DNA from: a virus
Direction: 5' to 3' (one strand)
Length of the DNA stretch: 48,883 nucleotides
IMG/VR virus record: IMGVR_UViG_3300031616_000011
Coordinates: 1-48,883 of that record
This document shows, piece by piece, positions 39,260 to 48,206 of the stretch (positions within the stretch are counted from its first letter, which is position 1; each line of letters starts with the position of its first letter). Below the pieces are notes generated by a model. The model saw only the letters and a list, made by a program, of their open reading frames with translations, did not search any database and was not told the DNA's origin. A program made the position numbers and the translations under genes.

Positions 39260-40122
39260 TCAGGTTGTGCGGCGGACCGCGTACCGCTGGCCCCGCTTCG
39301 GACGTTTGTCCTCGCGGTCGTTGTCGACCTCGGCCTCGAGGATCCGGCAGGCCTCGCAGGTGACCCGGTGCACGGTCCAGGTCCGTTGCGTAGTCGGGTC
39401 GGTGGAGACCTCGAGGGGCCAGCCGCAGCCGTGGCACTCCTCGGCCTCTTCGGCGAGGAGCGCGATCAGGAGGTCGCGGTCCTCGTCCGTCCAGAGTGGA
39501 TCCGGCTGGGAGTGGGTCAGTCGTCCGGTGTCGTCGTAGTGGTGTCGGACGGCGGGTTCCCGGCCAAGGAGCCGTGAGCGGGGTTGCTGGACGGCTCGGG
39601 CTGCTTCGACTTCCCGCCGGAGCTCCGGGACAGCACGGAGGCGGCGGCGGAGAAAGGAATCCCCTGGGAGTCCTCGTTGACGTTCCACGCGGCGTTGCTG
39701 AGTTTCGTCCACTGCCCGTTGGAGAGCCGGTCGGCGAGCCGCTGGACCTGCTCGGCGGTCATCGCCGGGTCGAGGGAACTGGCGGCGACGACATCGCAGA
39801 GCCACGCGTGGAACTGGTCGGCGTAGGCGTCCTCGTCGGCTTCCTCAGTCCGGACCGGCTGTTTGCCGCGGAGCGCCCGCCAGACGCCGCGCGGCGTGAC
39901 AGCCCGGAACGAGAACGCGCGCTCGTGGGCGAGCATCTCCTCCCGCAGCTGGACGAGCCGGTCGGCGATGTCCCGGCCCGGACTGTCCCCGGCGAGGTTC
40001 GTCGGGTCCGCGGTCATCCCGGCGAGTTGCGCGGACAGCCGCTCGTGCTCGGCGACCAGTTTCCCCTTCAGGCACAGGGTGACGCTGGTTTCCGGTGTTT
40101 CGATGTCGTCGATCCAGTCCAT
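39260..40122 (-). CDS. Tail assembly chaperone, -1 frameshift fusion product (GT-like)
   Basis: The -1 frame stays open past the G stop and encodes WTDEDRDLLIALLAEEAEECHGCGWPLEV..VTCEACRILE. It has no in-frame ATG/GTG/TTG near its beginning, so a frameshift is needed. The slip site was not identified. Confidence 0.55.
39517..40122 (-). CDS. Tail assembly chaperone (G-like)
   Basis: 201 aa between the tail tube and tape measure genes. Acidic, with a Thr/Pro-rich tail. Confidence 0.72.
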   Translation of the reverse strand: MDWIDDIETPETSVTLCLKGKLVAEHERLSAQLAGMTADPTNLAGDSPGRDIADRLVQLREEMLAHERAFSFRAVTPRGVWRALRGKQPVRTEEADEDAYADQFHAWLCDVVAASSLDPAMTAEQVQRLADRLSNGQWTKLSNAAWNVNEDSQGIPFSAAASVLSRSSGGKSKQPEPSSNPAHGSLAGNPPSDTTTTTPDD

Positions 40123-40200
40123 GGTGCGTGCCCCTTCGGCGTGCCCCGGGGCGTGGAGGAAGAGGCGGCCCGGGGCACCGAGACCGCCTCTCCCGCTTCG

Positions 40201-40680
40201 TTAGGCGACGACGGCGCGGCTGGCGAAGCCGAGTTCGGTGACGAAGAAGTCGGACATGAAGTCCCAGGTGCCGTCGGGCTTCGGGTCGACGTCATCCGGT
40301 TCGCCGGTTTCGATGTTCCACACCTGGACCTTCTGGGTGGACGCGATCGCGGTCGCCTTGTCGATTCCCTTGCGGACCCACAGGTATCCGTCGGTCCGGT
40401 ACGGGAACAGGTTCCAGGCCGTGTCGACAACCCCGTCGTGGTGGAACGTGAGCTTGATCGTCCAGGTGATCCGGCCGGCCCGGCCCGCGTTCTGGACGCT
40501 GCCGAGGTTCGACACGTCGACGGTCCCGGTCGCCGGGGTGATGACGAGCCCGTCGGGAGTGATCAGCGTTTCGAGGCGGGTGCTGCCGGTCGTCAGCTCG
40601 GTGACGGTCGGCGAGCCGATGGTGGCGATGCTGGTGGCGAACCCGACGATGGTCCGCCCGTCCATGGTGACAACGGCCAT
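40201..40680 (-). CDS. Major tail (tube) protein
   Basis: 159 aa immediately upstream of the chaperones. TELTTGSTRLETLITPDGLVITPATGTVDVSNLGS .. GYLWVRKG resembles actinophage tail tube proteins. Confidence 0.62.
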   Translation of the reverse strand: MAVVTMDGRTIVGFATSIATIGSPTVTELTTGSTRLETLITPDGLVITPATGTVDVSNLGSVQNAGRAGRITWTIKLTFHHDGVVDTAWNLFPYRTDGYLWVRKGIDKATAIASTQKVQVWNIETGEPDDVDPKPDGTWDFMSDFFVTELGFASRAVVA

Positions 40681-40683
40681 GGC

Positions 40684-40893
40684 CTACTCCTTTGCGGGCT
40701 TGGCCGACGCCTTGGCGGGCGGTGCGGCGTCGAGGTCGGTCGTGTAGTCGTCGAGGCGCAGCTGGTCCTTGTTGGCCTCGGCGATCGGGCCGGAGCAACG
40801 GATCCAGCCGCGGTCGAGATGAAGGGGGAGAGCGGACTCGGCGACGACACCGACGCCGCCGGTCGCAGGGAGGCGCACCACAAACCAGTCCAT
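40684..40893 (-). CDS. Hypothetical protein, 69 aa
   Basis: ATG 40893 after GAGGCGG. Lys/Ala/Pro-rich C-terminus. Confidence 0.45.
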   Translation of the reverse strand: MDWFVVRLPATGGVGVVAESALPLHLDRGWIRCSGPIAEANKDQLRLDDYTTDLDAAPPAKASAKPAKE

Positions 40894-40900
40894 GTCCGCC

Positions 40901-41239
40901 TCAGACCCGGTACAGCTCGTAGGTGACACCTGTGCGTGCCCCGGACCAGTTCAGGGTCGCCAGGCCCGTAGCCGGGGCGATCGCGGCCAGCGGTATGAAG
41001 AACATCGCGTTGCCGGTCGCCGACGTGGTTTGGCTGGCAAGAGTTCCGACGTTGCCGAGCCCGGTCGTGGTCGGGTCGGTCACGGTGAGCGTGGTCAGCG
41101 TGCCGGTCGTGATGACCCGGCCCATGACCCCGTTGGGCCCGAACTGGCTGCGGTCGATCGTGTCGACGGCAGCGGGCGTGAGCGGGGACGGGTTCGTCAA
41201 CACCCCGTTGGAGACGGACTGGGTGAGTTGCGCCGTCAT
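40901..41239 (-). CDS. Structural-module protein, 112 aa (unknown)
   Basis: Thr/Gly/Ala-rich beta-type composition. Lies between the tail terminator and the tube gene. Confidence 0.55.
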   Translation of the reverse strand: MTAQLTQSVSNGVLTNPSPLTPAAVDTIDRSQFGPNGVMGRVITTGTLTTLTVTDPTTTGLGNVGTLASQTTSATGNAMFFIPLAAIAPATGLATLNWSGARTGVTYELYRV

Positions 41240-41287
41240 AGCGGCGTACCTCCTTGGTGGAAGTGGACCGCCGCTTGGCGGGGAAAC

Positions 41288-41722
41288 TCAGGTGACGGCG
41301 GACAGCCGGTAGGTGATGACGGCGTCCATGACGAGCGCGCCGGTGGTTTCGTCGCGCACCGGTGGGCCGGAGCCCGGTTCCTCGCGGATCATCCCGAGGT
41401 CGAGGCCGGCAATCGTCGGGCGTTTGTTGAGCAGCGCGGTCCGCACCCGTTCCCGGACAGCGCGGGCGGCCGACGCGGTGCCGCCGACGCAGTGACAGAT
41501 CCACCGGACCGTCGGGGATCCGGTGATGCCGTCGAGGGCGTCGCCTGGCGCGCCGGTCGGCCATTCGGTGTACCCGTAGACCAGCACGTAGCCGGCGTTG
41601 ACCGGCGTGTTGGGCGGGACGACGCCGTCGAAGACGACCAGCGCCGGCGGCCCGGTGTCGGCGGCGAGCAGGGCGAGGCCGACGGTCACGAGGGCCTGGT
41701 CGATGCCGTCGGTGATCGGCAT
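41288..41722 (-). CDS. Tail terminator-like neck protein
   Basis: 144 aa directly after the gp10-like gene (1-nt overlap). Called from position and size. Confidence 0.5.
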   Translation of the reverse strand: MPITDGIDQALVTVGLALLAADTGPPALVVFDGVVPPNTPVNAGYVLVYGYTEWPTGAPGDALDGITGSPTVRWICHCVGGTASAARAVRERVRTALLNKRPTIAGLDLGMIREEPGSGPPVRDETTGALVMDAVITYRLSAVT

Positions 41723-42150
41723 CAGCCGCCGCCGTCGACGACCGGACCGTCCGGTCCGCGCTGCCCGTTGATGAGCTTCTCGCCGAGTTCGGCTACGTAC
41801 CGCTCGAACTTGGGGATCTCGTCGTCGAGGCTCGGGCTTAGGTGCGGGATCGGAGCATTGTGGACAGAGCCGTACTCGATGATCCGCGCGAGTCCGCCCT
41901 GTAGTTTCGCCGCGTCCGGGCCGACGGTGCCGGTGATGCTGTCGCCGTTGGCGTTCACCTCGTAGGAGATGGCGCGCGGGTAGTGCGGGAGGTAGCCGCG
42001 GGTCGAGCGGTCCCGGATGATCCGCTGCGCCTGCCGCTTGATGTTCAGGCAGCCCTGCCCAACGACCTTCTTGCCGTCCTCGATGATCTTTTCGCTGGCC
42101 TGGTTGAGGTCATGGCCGAGTTCTTTCCAGCCCGTCATCTTGGCGCCCAT
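41722..42150 (-). CDS. HK97 gp10-family neck/tail completion protein
   Basis: LNQASEKIIEDGKKVVGQGCLNIKRQAQRII .. GYLPHYPRAISYEV .. IIEYGSVHNAP is gp10-like. Confidence 0.78.
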   Translation of the reverse strand: MGAKMTGWKELGHDLNQASEKIIEDGKKVVGQGCLNIKRQAQRIIRDRSTRGYLPHYPRAISYEVNANGDSITGTVGPDAAKLQGGLARIIEYGSVHNAPIPHLSPSLDDEIPKFERYVAELGEKLINGQRGPDGPVVDGGG

Positions 42151-42160
42151 TTACCGCCGC

Positions 42161-42556
42161 CTATCCCATGATCTCGAATATCTCGAACCGGGCGGCCGTC
42201 ATATGGGTCTGCCCCGGGACGGCCCGGAGGTGGAAGACCCGCCCGACGAGGATCGGCATCAGCAGCGACGCAGTGACCGTCAGGATGTCGTCGACGAGAA
42301 TCCCGGTGGTCGTCGCGGGCAAGCTCAGGATCGGGTGCTGGGTGAACTCCTGCGCCTCACCGACGGTCAGCGGGCGAGCTACCGCGACCGCGAGCTTCAA
42401 CCGGCACTTGCCGGTGTAGACCGTCGAGTACGTCGGTGTGACCACACCGGTGTCGGGGTCGGTGGCGAGGCTTGCGACCCGTTGGATCTGGCAGGTGTCG
42501 ACCATCAGGGCTTCCGCTGCTGTGCGACCGCGCAAGGTGATAGAGGTGGCGGACAT
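42161..42556 (-). CDS. Head closure / head-tail stopper protein
   Basis: 131 aa upstream of the gp10-like gene. The pattern TCQIQRV .. TPTYSTVYTGKCRL is typical of head-tail joining proteins. Confidence 0.6.
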   Translation of the reverse strand: MSATSITLRGRTAAEALMVDTCQIQRVASLATDPDTGVVTPTYSTVYTGKCRLKLAVAVARPLTVGEAQEFTQHPILSLPATTTGILVDDILTVTASLLMPILVGRVFHLRAVPGQTHMTAARFEIFEIMG

Positions 42557-42568
42557 GCACCACCTCCG

Positions 42569-45250
42569 TCAGCACGGGTCCTGAGTCACTCCGGTATTCG
42601 GCCGGGCTGTGGTGCCGGTGCTGGGTCTCGCGGTGGTGGCGAGGTTGTAGGCCGTGATCCCGGCGTTCGGCGGCGATGTGGTGCCGGTGGTCGGCCGTGG
42701 GGTTGTGCAGCTGTGCGTGAGCCGCCCGAACAGCGAGATGCCGGCAGCGATGAGCCGTCGTCCGGCGGTGACGACGAGCGGCTGCCGGATCGTGTCGCCG
42801 GGGACGATCGGCGCCGTGAACGTCGAGCGCAGCACGGTCGAGCTCGCCGCGGCCGTGGGAGCCCGGAACGTGGTGGGTGAGACGACCGCCTCGGGCGGCA
42901 GGGTCGCCGGTGTGGGGTCGGTCCGGACGTAGACGAGGACGACGCCGCCGGCGGGCTGCGCGGCGGCCCTTCCCGCGGCGACCGCGGGCTGAGGGACGGG
43001 CGTGTCCGGGGCTGCGCTGGTCGGGTCGGTTCGCGGCGCGGCCAGAACGACCGCACCCGCAGGCTGCAGGGCGGGTCGGCCGGCGGTGACGAGGGCCTGC
43101 GGGACCGGGGCTGCCGGTGTGGCGTCAGTCCGCGGTGCGAGTAGGGCAGTGCTGCCCGGCTGCGGTCCGGGCCGGCCGGCGACGATGAACGGTTCTGGTG
43201 TGGGCGTGTCCGCCGTCGGATCAGTTCGCGGTCCGGCCAGAACGGCACTACCTGCTGGCGCCGGCGGGCGTCCCGCGGTGATGGTCGGCTGCGGGCAGGA
43301 GTTGGTGCCGGCGGCGAGCGGGTCGGTCCGCGATCCGGTGAGCAGTACGGCGCCGGCGAGGATCGCCGTAGGCCGACCGGCGGACAGGACGGGTTCCGGG
43401 CACGGCGTGTCCGGGGTGGGGTCGGTGTGCGGTGCGAGGATCTGCGCGCTGCCGGCCGCCGGGAGCGGCCGGACCGCGGTGACGGTGGTCTGGCGCGGCG
43501 GTGCGACGTCCTCGGAGTCGAACGCCGGCAGGATGAGGACGGTCCCGGACGGCTGCCGGGTGGTGCCGAGCGTGACGACGACGCGTGGCGGGAAGTCCTG
43601 CGCGGTGCCGGTCGGGTCCGCGCGGGAGCCGGTGAGCGTTGCGGTACCGGAGAGTTTCGGGAGCGGCTGTGCGGCGACGATCGCGGCGCCGCGGGTGGCG
43701 GGGCCGGCGCCGAAGAGGAACAGGCCGATGATCGCGGGTTCGGCGTTGGCGCAGAGGAACGTGTCGGAAACCGTCCCGGCGCCGACGGGCCGGTTCTGGA
43801 CAGACACCTGCATGTTGGTGACGCCGTCGCCGCCGACGGTCTGGACGCGTTCGTCCCACGAGCCGGCCTGGTTCTCCGTCCACGCGCACAGCGGGAAGGA
43901 GCGGTTGGTGAGGACGGCGACCGCGAGCCGGTCGGTGCCGGCCGACGTGACGGACGGAGAGACGTGGCTCGTCGACGTCGCGGTTTCGAGGGTGTCGCCG
44001 CCCTCGAAGACCCCTCCCCGGACGAGGATGCCGGTGATGGTGCGGCGGCCACCGACGACTGTCCACGTGTAGGTGGTTGAGGCTGCGGGGTTGGCGAGTA
44101 GGAAGTAGTGGGTTTCGAACTGTGTGCCCTGGTCGGTGTCGGAGACCGGGATCTCCGCCCAGCCCGCGGGCGGGGTCGGGGCGGTCGCGGACTGGCTGTC
44201 GCAGACCGCGACGAGCAGCTGGTCGCCCGGCTGCGGCTGGCTGTCGGTGGTGATCGCGGAGCCGTCGTTGCCGCCGTCGCCCTGGAAGCTCGAATACTGG
44301 GCGGCGACGTACGGGCCGGTGATCGGCGGGGTGCGGTAGACGAGGGCGCTGCCGGGGCGGGTCGGGTCGCACCGGTTCGCCGGGTCGCGGCGGGTCGGGA
44401 CGTCGGGCCCGGGCGGCGGCGGATCCGACCGGGGTGTGACGATGACCGCGGTGCCGGGCATCTTCGGCGGTGAGCCGACAGACCCGAGCATGTAGTTGCG
44501 GCTGTCGTCCTGGACCCGGGCTTCGCGCTTCCACGCGGTCTGGGAGATGGCGATCTGCTGCCGGATCCACGGCGGCGGGCACAGCTGCGGGATCGGGTCG
44601 AGGGGGTCCGCGCCCGCCGGGGACTTGACGGCGACGGACCAGGTGCCGCCGTTGGTGCCGGTCGGGCTGACCGATGTCCAGGTCCGCACGCCCGTCGCCG
44701 CGCCCGACACGAGCGCCTGCGAGGCCGCGGCGAGCGCCATGTACAGACCGGACACCTGCGTCTGGCCCTGGGTCGTCATCCCGGATGGGACGGTGACGGT
44801 GAACGCTGCGCCGTTGCCGTGGTCGGCGATGAGGCTGATCAGCAGGTCGTCGGAGCCCGCCGGGGTGAGGGTCGGGGAGTCCATCGGCGACGTCGTGGAC
44901 GACGTAGCCATCGAGGTGACGGTGACGACGGGTGCCTGGTCGGCTCCGGCGATCCGGAAGACACCCATGCACACGTCGGCGGTGGAGCGGTACGTGAATG
45001 TCCAGGTCGACGGGTCGCCGGGGTCGTAAACGTGGGAGAAGATCTTTCCGTCGACGAGGGTCCCGTCGAGGTTGCCTTCGAGGTTCCAGTCCGCCGAGGT
45101 GGTCAGATCCGTTTGGAGCGACGGGTTGTTGTGCTGGATGAACGCCGCAACGAGGATGTCGCCGGACGCGAACGCTGCCGGCTTGGAGATGACGAGCGGG
45201 GCGGTGGAGTCTTCCCAGTACCAGTCGACTCCGGCGATCGTGGGGGCCAC
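42569..45250 (-). CDS. Large repeat-containing structural protein, 893 aa (fibre/receptor-binding candidate)
   Basis: GTG 45250. Two homologous N-terminal domains (aa 1-215 and about 310-515) followed by Pro-rich tandem repeats. Overlapping alternative-frame track ORFs are Arg/Pro shadows. Confidence 0.75.
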   Translation of the reverse strand: MAPTIAGVDWYWEDSTAPLVISKPAAFASGDILVAAFIQHNNPSLQTDLTTSADWNLEGNLDGTLVDGKIFSHVYDPGDPSTWTFTYRSTADVCMGVFRIAGADQAPVVTVTSMATSSTTSPMDSPTLTPAGSDDLLISLIADHGNGAAFTVTVPSGMTTQGQTQVSGLYMALAAASQALVSGAATGVRTWTSVSPTGTNGGTWSVAVKSPAGADPLDPIPQLCPPPWIRQQIAISQTAWKREARVQDDSRNYMLGSVGSPPKMPGTAVIVTPRSDPPPPGPDVPTRRDPANRCDPTRPGSALVYRTPPITGPYVAAQYSSFQGDGGNDGSAITTDSQPQPGDQLLVAVCDSQSATAPTPPAGWAEIPVSDTDQGTQFETHYFLLANPAASTTYTWTVVGGRRTITGILVRGGVFEGGDTLETATSTSHVSPSVTSAGTDRLAVAVLTNRSFPLCAWTENQAGSWDERVQTVGGDGVTNMQVSVQNRPVGAGTVSDTFLCANAEPAIIGLFLFGAGPATRGAAIVAAQPLPKLSGTATLTGSRADPTGTAQDFPPRVVVTLGTTRQPSGTVLILPAFDSEDVAPPRQTTVTAVRPLPAAGSAQILAPHTDPTPDTPCPEPVLSAGRPTAILAGAVLLTGSRTDPLAAGTNSCPQPTITAGRPPAPAGSAVLAGPRTDPTADTPTPEPFIVAGRPGPQPGSTALLAPRTDATPAAPVPQALVTAGRPALQPAGAVVLAAPRTDPTSAAPDTPVPQPAVAAGRAAAQPAGGVVLVYVRTDPTPATLPPEAVVSPTTFRAPTAAASSTVLRSTFTAPIVPGDTIRQPLVVTAGRRLIAAGISLFGRLTHSCTTPRPTTGTTSPPNAGITAYNLATTARPSTGTTARPNTGVTQDPC
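42881..43672 (-). repeat. About eight tandem 32-36-aa Pro-rich coding repeats inside the 893-aa gene
   Basis: The unit GRPxxxPAGxxVLxxPRTDPTxxxPxxPxPxxxxA recurs between residues about 527 and 790. Confidence 0.7.
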
Positions 45251-45294
45251 CGGCCTACCGCCCTTCGGTCACGAGCGGTGGGGCGTGCCCTTCC

Positions 45295-45594
45295 CTACAC
45301 CACGCCGGAGAGGTGCTTAGCGTTGAACCAGAAGTCGTTCGGACCGCCCGGGAGAGTGCCGGCGTGGGAGATCGAATACAGGCTCTTGAGGTCGGTGAAC
45401 GAGGCCCGCAGCAGGGTCACCTCGCCCGAGGTGTAGCCGAGCGCGGTGAGCGCCGCGTCGTTCGCGAAGATCGACGTGTCGTTGAGCAGGTCGCAGAACT
45501 TCGCGCAGTTGAACAGGTCGTCGCGGAGCGAGGTGGCGAGTTGCCCTGCCCGGGTGTCGAGGTCGGCTTTCGCGATGGAGAAACCTACGGCCAC
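45295..45594 (-). CDS. Hypothetical protein, 99 aa
   Basis: GTG 45594 preceded by GAAAGGG 7 nt upstream. VAVGFSIAKADLDTRAGQLATSLRDDLFNCAKF. Confidence 0.5.
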   Translation of the reverse strand: MAVGFSIAKADLDTRAGQLATSLRDDLFNCAKFCDLLNDTSIFANDAALTALGYTSGEVTLLRASFTDLKSLYSISHAGTLPGGPNDFWFNAKHLSGVV

Positions 45595-45610
45595 TGTGGA
45601 CCCTTTCCGG

Positions 45611-46156
45611 TCAGTTGAGGATAGTGACGTTGTGTGAATAGACCCTGACGGCGTTCGACACGCTCGATGTGCCGTATGTGGCGCACACCCCGATGCCACG
45701 CGCGATCGTCGTGTCCCACACGATCGTGCGCAGTGCGAGCGTGACAGGGATCGGCGTCGCCGAGTACGCGGTCAGCGACGTGCCGAGTTGCAGCGTCCCC
45801 GCGCCGGTGACCGACCCGGCCGTCCCGAGCCCCGTACAGACACCGGTCCACTCCAAGTCGAACGGCCACGACGCCGCACCCGTGCCGGTCGTGATGGCCG
45901 CCGACTCGGCGATAACGGTTGTGATCGCGCCCGCGATGGTGCCGATGTAGTGCCCGAGCGCGAGAGTTGGTGTGCCCGTTGTCGAGAACTCGCCGACGGA
46001 TTTGATCCAAATGTGGGAGCCGAGCCGCAGCTGGTAGCCCTGCACGATCGGCAGCGGCTGCGGCGACACATCCTGGCGGGTCGTGAAAGTGTTGAAGGCG
46101 GCACCGAGCGCGGCCGGGAACGGCCCGACCGGTGTCGTCATGTAGAAGTCGCCCAC
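45611..46156 (-). CDS. Structural-module protein, 181 aa (unknown)
   Basis: GTG 46156 (ATG alternative at 46141). Thr/Gly/Ala-rich beta-type composition. Confidence 0.6.
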   Translation of the reverse strand: MGDFYMTTPVGPFPAALGAAFNTFTTRQDVSPQPLPIVQGYQLRLGSHIWIKSVGEFSTTGTPTLALGHYIGTIAGAITTVIAESAAITTGTGAASWPFDLEWTGVCTGLGTAGSVTGAGTLQLGTSLTAYSATPIPVTLALRTIVWDTTIARGIGVCATYGTSSVSNAVRVYSHNVTILN

Positions 46157-46173
46157 GGTGGCCGCCCTTCAGG

Positions 46174-46452
46174 TCAGGCTGTGGCGTCCCGGACGAGGTC
46201 GCCGAGCGTGTGCGTCGGGGAGGACACGTACTGGCCGCCGCCGAGCTCGAGGAGTTTCCGGGCCGGCTCGGCTAGCGCGTCGACGTCGCCTGCGGCGAAC
46301 GTCCGCGCGCACGGGCAGGTGTCGAGCCGCTCGTCGGGACCTTCCGGGTTGCGTCGCGACACGTGCTGGATGGCGCACGGCCCGCCGTCCAGCGTTCCGA
46401 TGGCGTGGGCGTTCGCCGCGATCGCCTTCAGGACGTCACCGGCGCTCAGCAC
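46174..46452 (-). CDS. Hypothetical protein, 92 aa
   Basis: GTG start overlaps the upstream stop by 7 nt. Confidence 0.5.
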   Translation of the reverse strand: MLSAGDVLKAIAANAHAIGTLDGGPCAIQHVSRRNPEGPDERLDTCPCARTFAAGDVDALAEPARKLLELGGGQYVSSPTHTLGDLVRDATA

Positions 46453-46901
46453 CGGCTGAACCGCATCGACGCATTACAGTTCACCGTTGCTGGTGCGGTC
46501 ACCCGAATGGCGAATCCGTTGGAAACGGGCGAGTCGGGCTCCTGACCGGGCGTGAACTGGACGATGCCGGTGCCGCCGTAGACCGGCAGGTAGAAGGTTT
46601 TGAAGGCGGCCAGGACGGTGCCCTCGACGGTGTAGTTGGTGCCGGCGGTGAAACCCGTCGTCACCCGCTGGCCCGCGCTGTTGACGATCGTCACCGCGGT
46701 CGACGTCCCCGCACCGGCGGCGGTGAAGGTGCACAGCTCGATACGCGCCGGTGTTGCGGTGGATGTGGCGCCGTCGAACGAAAGCTCGTAGGCGAGCCAG
46801 TTCACGCCGAACTGGGCCGGCGCTGTGACGGCGATGACGGTCTTTGCCGTGGTCGCGGCCAAGGCGCTGACCGCACCCGGCGCGTCATAGATGCTGATCA
46901 T
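46446..46901 (-). CDS. Structural-module protein, 151 aa (unknown)
   Basis: ATG 46901 after GGGAGA. Beta-type composition (VNWLAYELSFDGATSTATPARIELCTFTAAGAG). Confidence 0.6.
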   Translation of the reverse strand: MISIYDAPGAVSALAATTAKTVIAVTAPAQFGVNWLAYELSFDGATSTATPARIELCTFTAAGAGTSTAVTIVNSAGQRVTTGFTAGTNYTVEGTVLAAFKTFYLPVYGGTGIVQFTPGQEPDSPVSNGFAIRVTAPATVNCNASMRFSRC

Positions 46902-46987
46902 GCGGTCTCCCTGCTCGGGCATGACGGATTACCCGAGCACCTAGGCCCGGGGTGGGTGTGCACAGAGGTCGTCCACAGGTTGTGGAC

Positions 46988-47548
46988 TCAGGCGACGAGG
47001 ACGCCCGCGTAGTAGTCGGCGACCATCTGCCCGGCCTTCGACAGCGAGACGCCGCCGTTCTCGGGTGCGCCGGACACCGAGTAGTCGTCGATCGACTCGC
47101 TCTTGGTGGTGATGTCCGGGTTGATGTAGGCGGCGGCGGCGGATTCGAGTACGGCGCCCTTGACGTCGTCCGGGACGACCGTGTAGCCGTGCGTGTAGTC
47201 GATTTCGACGAGGTCCGGCGGGAACGACTGGTAGCGGCCGAACCCGGTCCGTCGGTAGATCGACGGGGGGATCACCGAATACTCGGTGCTGGCGATGGTT
47301 TGCGGGCTCCCGCCGAACACGGTGATCCGGACCTGCTGGACCGCGATGACCGGCTGGAACGGCAGCACGATTTCGAACGCGCACCGGCCGGGCTGGCTGT
47401 ACGTCGCCGACGTTGACTCGAACCGGGTGTGTGCCCTACGTGCGAACAACTCGCTGACCACCTGGATCGCGAGGGTCGCCGTCGAAGTGTCGACGTCCTG
47501 CTTCAGGAAGCTGGCGAGTTCGGCGACCGTGCAGTACATGACCGACAC
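46988..47548 (-). CDS. Head-tail adaptor (gp6-like connector)
   Basis: The N-terminus YCTVAELASFLKQDVDTSTATLAIQVVSELF is typical of gp6-like head-tail connector proteins. Confidence 0.68.
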   Translation of the reverse strand: MSVMYCTVAELASFLKQDVDTSTATLAIQVVSELFARRAHTRFESTSATYSQPGRCAFEIVLPFQPVIAVQQVRITVFGGSPQTIASTEYSVIPPSIYRRTGFGRYQSFPPDLVEIDYTHGYTVVPDDVKGAVLESAAAAYINPDITTKSESIDDYSVSGAPENGGVSLSKAGQMVADYYAGVLVA

Positions 47549-47552
47549 GGAC

Positions 47553-48206
47553 TCACCCGACCTTCCCGAGCATGACGGTCTTCATGTGGCCGATTTGGAT
47601 GCCGGTGTGGACATAGATCGGGAGGTCGGCGGCGGCGGCGCGGAGGCAGAACGTCATGTCCTCGCCCATCAGCGCGAGCGGTGCGCCGACGTTCGCCTCC
47701 CGGAACCAGGGCGCGGCGGTGTCGCCGGACACCTTCGCGATCTTCCGGAGCGCCCTGCGGTGCATCAGCAGGAACGCGGCGCCGGTCGCGGAGACCCGCT
47801 GGAGCCCGGACTCCGGCCACGTCGTGTATCGGATGAACGCGAGCGAGCCGTTGGCGCCCTCGCCGAGCTCGTACATGACCGGGTACGACGTGTCGCCGTC
47901 CTGGGAGAAGCACAGTCCGCCGACGATGGGCCGGTTGTTCGGGTCGGCCGCGGCGATGAGCCGGTCCAGGGCGTCGCTCGACCAGACCATGTCGGTGTCG
48001 ACCATCAGCAGCCACGGCGCCCGCTGGCGTTCGAGGAAGTCGTCGACGACCCGGTTCCGGGCGGTGGAGATGTTCGGCCCGGACGCCAGCATCAGCACCG
48101 AGTCGAGCGGGGTCTTACCCTCCATCGCGGTAGCTAGGAGCGACGCGCAGAACTCGGCCCGGACGACCCCGGGATGGACGCACCCGATGACGGCGTGGTC
48201 AGCCAC
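47553..48206 (-). CDS. Family 2 glycosyltransferase
   Basis: 217 aa with a DxD motif (MVDTDMVW) and GEDMTFC. Embedded in the head module. Confidence 0.78.
   Translation of the reverse strand: MADHAVIGCVHPGVVRAEFCASLLATAMEGKTPLDSVLMLASGPNISTARNRVVDDFLERQRAPWLLMVDTDMVWSSDALDRLIAAADPNNRPIVGGLCFSQDGDTSYPVMYELGEGANGSLAFIRYTTWPESGLQRVSATGAAFLLMHRRALRKIAKVSGDTAAPWFREANVGAPLALMGEDMTFCLRAAAADLPIYVHTGIQIGHMKTVMLGKVG

Noticed and set aside
39260-39805. The 181-aa track ORF as an independent gene
   Set aside because: Its first ~90 residues are an Arg-rich shadow of the chaperone gene. The credible C-terminal domain has no start codon of its own, so it is interpreted as the -1 frameshift extension of the G-like chaperone.
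38207-41965. Plus-strand ORFs 38207..39577, 39496..40926 and 40892..41965
   Set aside because: They are shadow frames opposite the tape measure, chaperone, tube and neck genes.
42586-44972. Minus-strand alternative-frame ORFs 42586..44052 (488 aa) and 43248..44972 (574 aa)
   Set aside because: They are out-of-frame overlaps of the 893-aa gene. They are Arg/Pro/Ser runs with no domain-like segments, whereas the 893-aa frame shows internal domain duplication and regular repeats.
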